Assembly (NCBI GenBank): GCA_965287045.1
Contig: OZ336901.1
Coordinates: forward strand, 9,114,001-9,178,000
Direction of reading: 5' to 3'
Origin: Carcharhinus amblyrhynchos
Lineage: Eukaryota
Length of the DNA: 64,000 nucleotides
Made by a program: the position numbers and the translations under genes
Shown: positions 60,705 through 64,000 of the stretch, one piece after another
How the letters are laid out: the number at the start of each line of letters is the position of its first letter
Position numbering within the stretch: position 1 is the stretch's first letter
The notes under the pieces: model-generated
What the model saw: only the letters and a program-made list of their open reading frames with translations
What the model was told of the DNA's origin: nothing
Database searches by the model: none

Positions 60705-61050
60705 CCATTTGTTTAAACTGCCTCAGAAAAATCAGCCAGTCTCATCAAGGACCCCACGCACCCCAGACATTCTCTCTTCCACCTCTTTTGTCGGGAGAAA
60801 GATACAAAAGTTTGAGATTATGTACCAACCATTTAAAGAACAGCTTCTTCCCTGCTGCCATCACACTTTTGAATGGACTTGCCATATATTAAGCTGATCT
60901 TTCTCTAGCTATGACTGTAACACTATATTCTGCACTCTCTCCTTTCCTTCCCATATGTACTCTATAAATGGTATGTTTTGTTTGTATAGTGTGCAAGAAA
61001 CAACACTTTTCATTGTATCCCAATACATGTGATAATAATAAATCAAATCA
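60705..61050 (+). mobile_element. Rex1/Babar LINE 3' end
   Basis: LLSGERYKSL..CTNHLKNSFFPAAI.LLN; tail aataaatcaaatcaa. Confidence 0.85.
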
Positions 61051-61869
61051 ACTAGTGAACATCCATACTGGTGGCAAGCCACATGACCATTTGCAAAGAA
61101 AAATTGGCACTGAGCCAAAGGAGAAATTAGGATAGGTGACCAAAAGCTTGGTCAATGAGGTATATAGATTTTAAATAGCCTTAGAGACACAGCTATAATG
61201 TACAGATGAAGAACCCCAAGTGACCTCCTCCAGCTGTCTAATATGCAGGAGGTGATGCATGCTGTCTGCACTTCATGGTAGTTTGAAAGTGCCTCAAATC
61301 AAAACAGCTAATGATTCATTAATGTCGCAGTACAATATCTGCATTTAAGTTCCAAAAACACAGCACTCGACATAACCTTGTTTTACAATCCTGATTAACG
61401 CAACAGCTTGAGCAGTGCCAAGAAAGGGAACCAAATGTGATGCCATGGGAAACCTATTTAGGCTGTGAAAAAAAAAATCTGGCCCAGAGACGTCTGAATC
61501 CCTTGTGAAAGTAGCTAGAGACTTTAAATGCCGAGACTATCCATTGACTGGCCTCCTGCGATCATAGCAAAGATCATGTTTTTGATTAAAATTAGCTTCT
61601 GCGATGTTTATAGAACAGAGATGCTAAAAGTTTTTTGATTGAAGGATACCTTTTCAAATGGATTAGCAGTCATAGAATCTAAATTATAATATATAATACT
61701 CATGTAAGTGCTGAGTGTAAAGAGTTTTTTAATAATGCTCTTAAGAAAACATTTAATTACAGAAATGAACTTACAATGTATAGTGATCTTCATGCCACTT
61801 TTAGTGATCCTCCTTACTCTCTTTCCTCCTCAGTGAGACAGCTACACATGCAGCTGTCACTTTCACAGG

Positions 61870-62575
61870 AACATAGAAGCAGGATTAGGCCATTCAGCCT
61901 TTTAGGCCTGCTCCACCATTCAATAAGATCATGGCTGACCATCTACTCCAACACAAGTTTCCCATGCAATGCCCTTATCCCTTAATGTCATTAGTATCCA
62001 GAAATTATTGATTTCTGTCTTGAACATGCTCTGTGTTAGAAAATTCCAAAGATTAATCACCCTCTGAAAAAAGAAATTTCCCATCATCTCAATCTTAAAT
62101 AGCCTGCCCCCTGTTCTGAGATCGTATTCTCTGGTTCTGGATTCACCAGCCAGGGTAGGCATCCTATTTACATCTAGCCTGGCATGCCCTGTAAGAATTT
62201 TTTATGCTTCTATTAGTTCATAAAATCCCTGCAATGCAGAAGGAAACCATTCAACCCAGCAAGCCTGCACCGACAACAATCCCACCCAGGCTCGACCTCC
62301 GTAACCCCATGCATTTCCCTGCTAATCCCCTGACACTGAGGGGCAATTTGGCATGGCCAAACAACCTAACCCACACATCTTTGGAGTTTGGGAGTAAATC
62401 GGAGCAGTGGGAGGAAACCCATGCAGACATGGGGAGAATGTGCAAAATCCATACAGAAAGTGACCCGAGGCTGGAATCGAACTTGGGTCACATAGTGCTA
62501 ACCACTGTACCACCATGCCGTTCGTTCTTCGAAACTAGAGAATACAAACCCAATTTTGCTCCTCATAAAACAATC
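61870..62575 (-). mobile_element. CR1 3' fragment interrupted by SINE
   Basis: NFFFQRVINLWN; 3'UTR inverse gaacatagaagcagga.taggccattcagcc. Confidence 0.8.
62215..62520 (-). mobile_element. HE1-like SINE
   Basis: Canonical core; head ctaaccactgt.ccaccatgccg. Confidence 0.9.
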
Positions 62576-62579
62576 CCAC

Positions 62580-63480
62580 ATTTTCTTTATTCATTTGTGG
62601 GACATGGGCACTAGGCCAGCAGTTATTGGCCATCCCTAGTTGCCCTAGAGAAGATGGTGGTGAGCTGTCTTCTTGAACCGTTGCAGTCCAAATGCTTTGG
62701 GTTGACATACAATGCTGTCAGGGAGGGAAGTCCAGAAATTTGATCCAGCAGTTGCAAAGGAACGGCAATGGCTTGGGGGTATGGCTTGGAGGGGAACTTT
62801 CAGGTGGTGGTTTTCCCATGTATCTGCTGCCCTTGTTCTTCTAGATGGAAGTTGTCGTGGGCTAGGAAGGTGCTGTTGAAGGAGTCTGGGTGAATTCTTG
62901 CGATGCATTGTGTAGATAGTACACACTTCTGCTACTGAATGTTGGTGATGGAGGGTGTGGATGTTTGTGGATAAGCGGGCTGCTTTTTTGTGAATGGTAT
63001 AAAGCTTCTTGAGTGTTGTTGGAGCTGCACCCATCCAGGCAAGAGGGGAGTTTTCCATCAAATCCTGACTTCTGCCTTCTAAGTAGTGGACAAGCTTTGG
63101 GGAGTCAGGGGGTGAGTTACTCACCACAGTGTTTCTAGCCTCTGAGCTGCTCTTGTAGCCACTGTGGTGGTGAGTCCAGTTGAGTTTCTGGTCAGTGGTA
63201 ACCTCAAAGATGTTCTCAGTCAGGGATTCAGTGATAATAACACCATTGAATGTCATGGGGCAGTGATTACAGTTTCTCTAACATCTGACATTTGTGTGGC
63301 ACAAATGTTACTTGCCACTTGTCAGCCCAAGCCTGGATATTGTCCATATCTTGTTGCATTTGAACATGGACTGCTTCAGTTTCTGAGGATTCACGAATGG
63401 TGCTGAATATTATGCAATCATTGGTGAACATCTCTACTTCTAACCTTACGACAGAGCGAAGGTATTGAAGCAGCTAAAGC
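62580..63480 (-). mobile_element. 'Family B' LINE 3' portion
   Basis: MENSPLAWMGAAPTTLKKL..HQHSVA.VCTIYTMH...RFKKTAHHHLL. Confidence 0.88.
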
Positions 63481-63659
63481 ACTGCTATTTGGGGGTGCAT
63501 TCACTGTAAGGTAATGAATTAATCCTATCTCATTGCACAATACCAGGTCTAGTATAGCCGACTCGCAGGTTGGCTCCATAACGTGCTGATGTGAGAAATT
63601 ATGCGGAAAACGTCCTATAACTTTGTCATCTACTCCACGTTTGCCAATCCGATTATTTG

Positions 63660-64000
63660 AAATGATTAAAATCCCCCCATGATAACCGTTGTACCTCTTT
63701 GATATCTCTTCCTATCTTGTGATTATTGTTAGGGGGCATGTGCACCACTCCCACAAGTGACTTCTTGCCTTTATCATTCCTCATTTCTGCTAAACCATTC
63801 CTGATTTCCTGAATTTAGGTAATCTCTCTCTCTATGCTGCCATTTTTATTAACAGAATCACCCCTCCACCTTTTCCAAAATTCCTATCCTTCCTAAAGTT
63901 CACATTCCCTTCGATATTTAGGTCCCAATCTACACCACCCTACACTTATATTTCTGGAATGGTTATTAGATTTTACTAAACTCCATTTCCACTATCAGTT
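63660..64000 (-). mobile_element. Old CR1 endonuclease-region fragment
   Basis: Minus strand GTTVIMG(G)DFN at ~63665-63695; RKDRN..KGGG at ~63860-63895. Confidence 0.65.

Overview
Eukaryotic, repeat-dense DNA that looks intronic or intergenic. The repeat complement (HE1-type tRNA SINEs, HER1/CR1 LINEs, Rex1, L2, Tx1, Penelope-type terminal repeats) points to a shark (inference; possibly a Mustelus-like carcharhiniform). No host protein-coding gene could be identified; only isolated splice-site-bounded exon candidates were seen. The one intact long CDS is ORF2 (endonuclease + RT) of a young, 5'-truncated CR1 LINE (4476-8117) nested in an older CR1. Four observations stand out. (1) ORF1 ends on an in-frame U_UUA_AAC slippery heptamer directly before its stop, with ORF2 in the -1 frame and G-runs 6 nt downstream; the same junction recurs in a second, divergent CR1 (19647). 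This suggests a programmed -1 frameshift making an ORF1-ORF2 fusion. (2) A Tx1-type LINE 3' end carries two copies of the U2 snRNA 5' end. (3) A palindromic Penelope-type insertion has an 11-bp TSD and hammerhead-like cores. (4) A decayed hAT transposon has a ~65-bp subterminal array. Boundaries of decayed elements are approximate and were read by eye; family names come from recall, not database searches.
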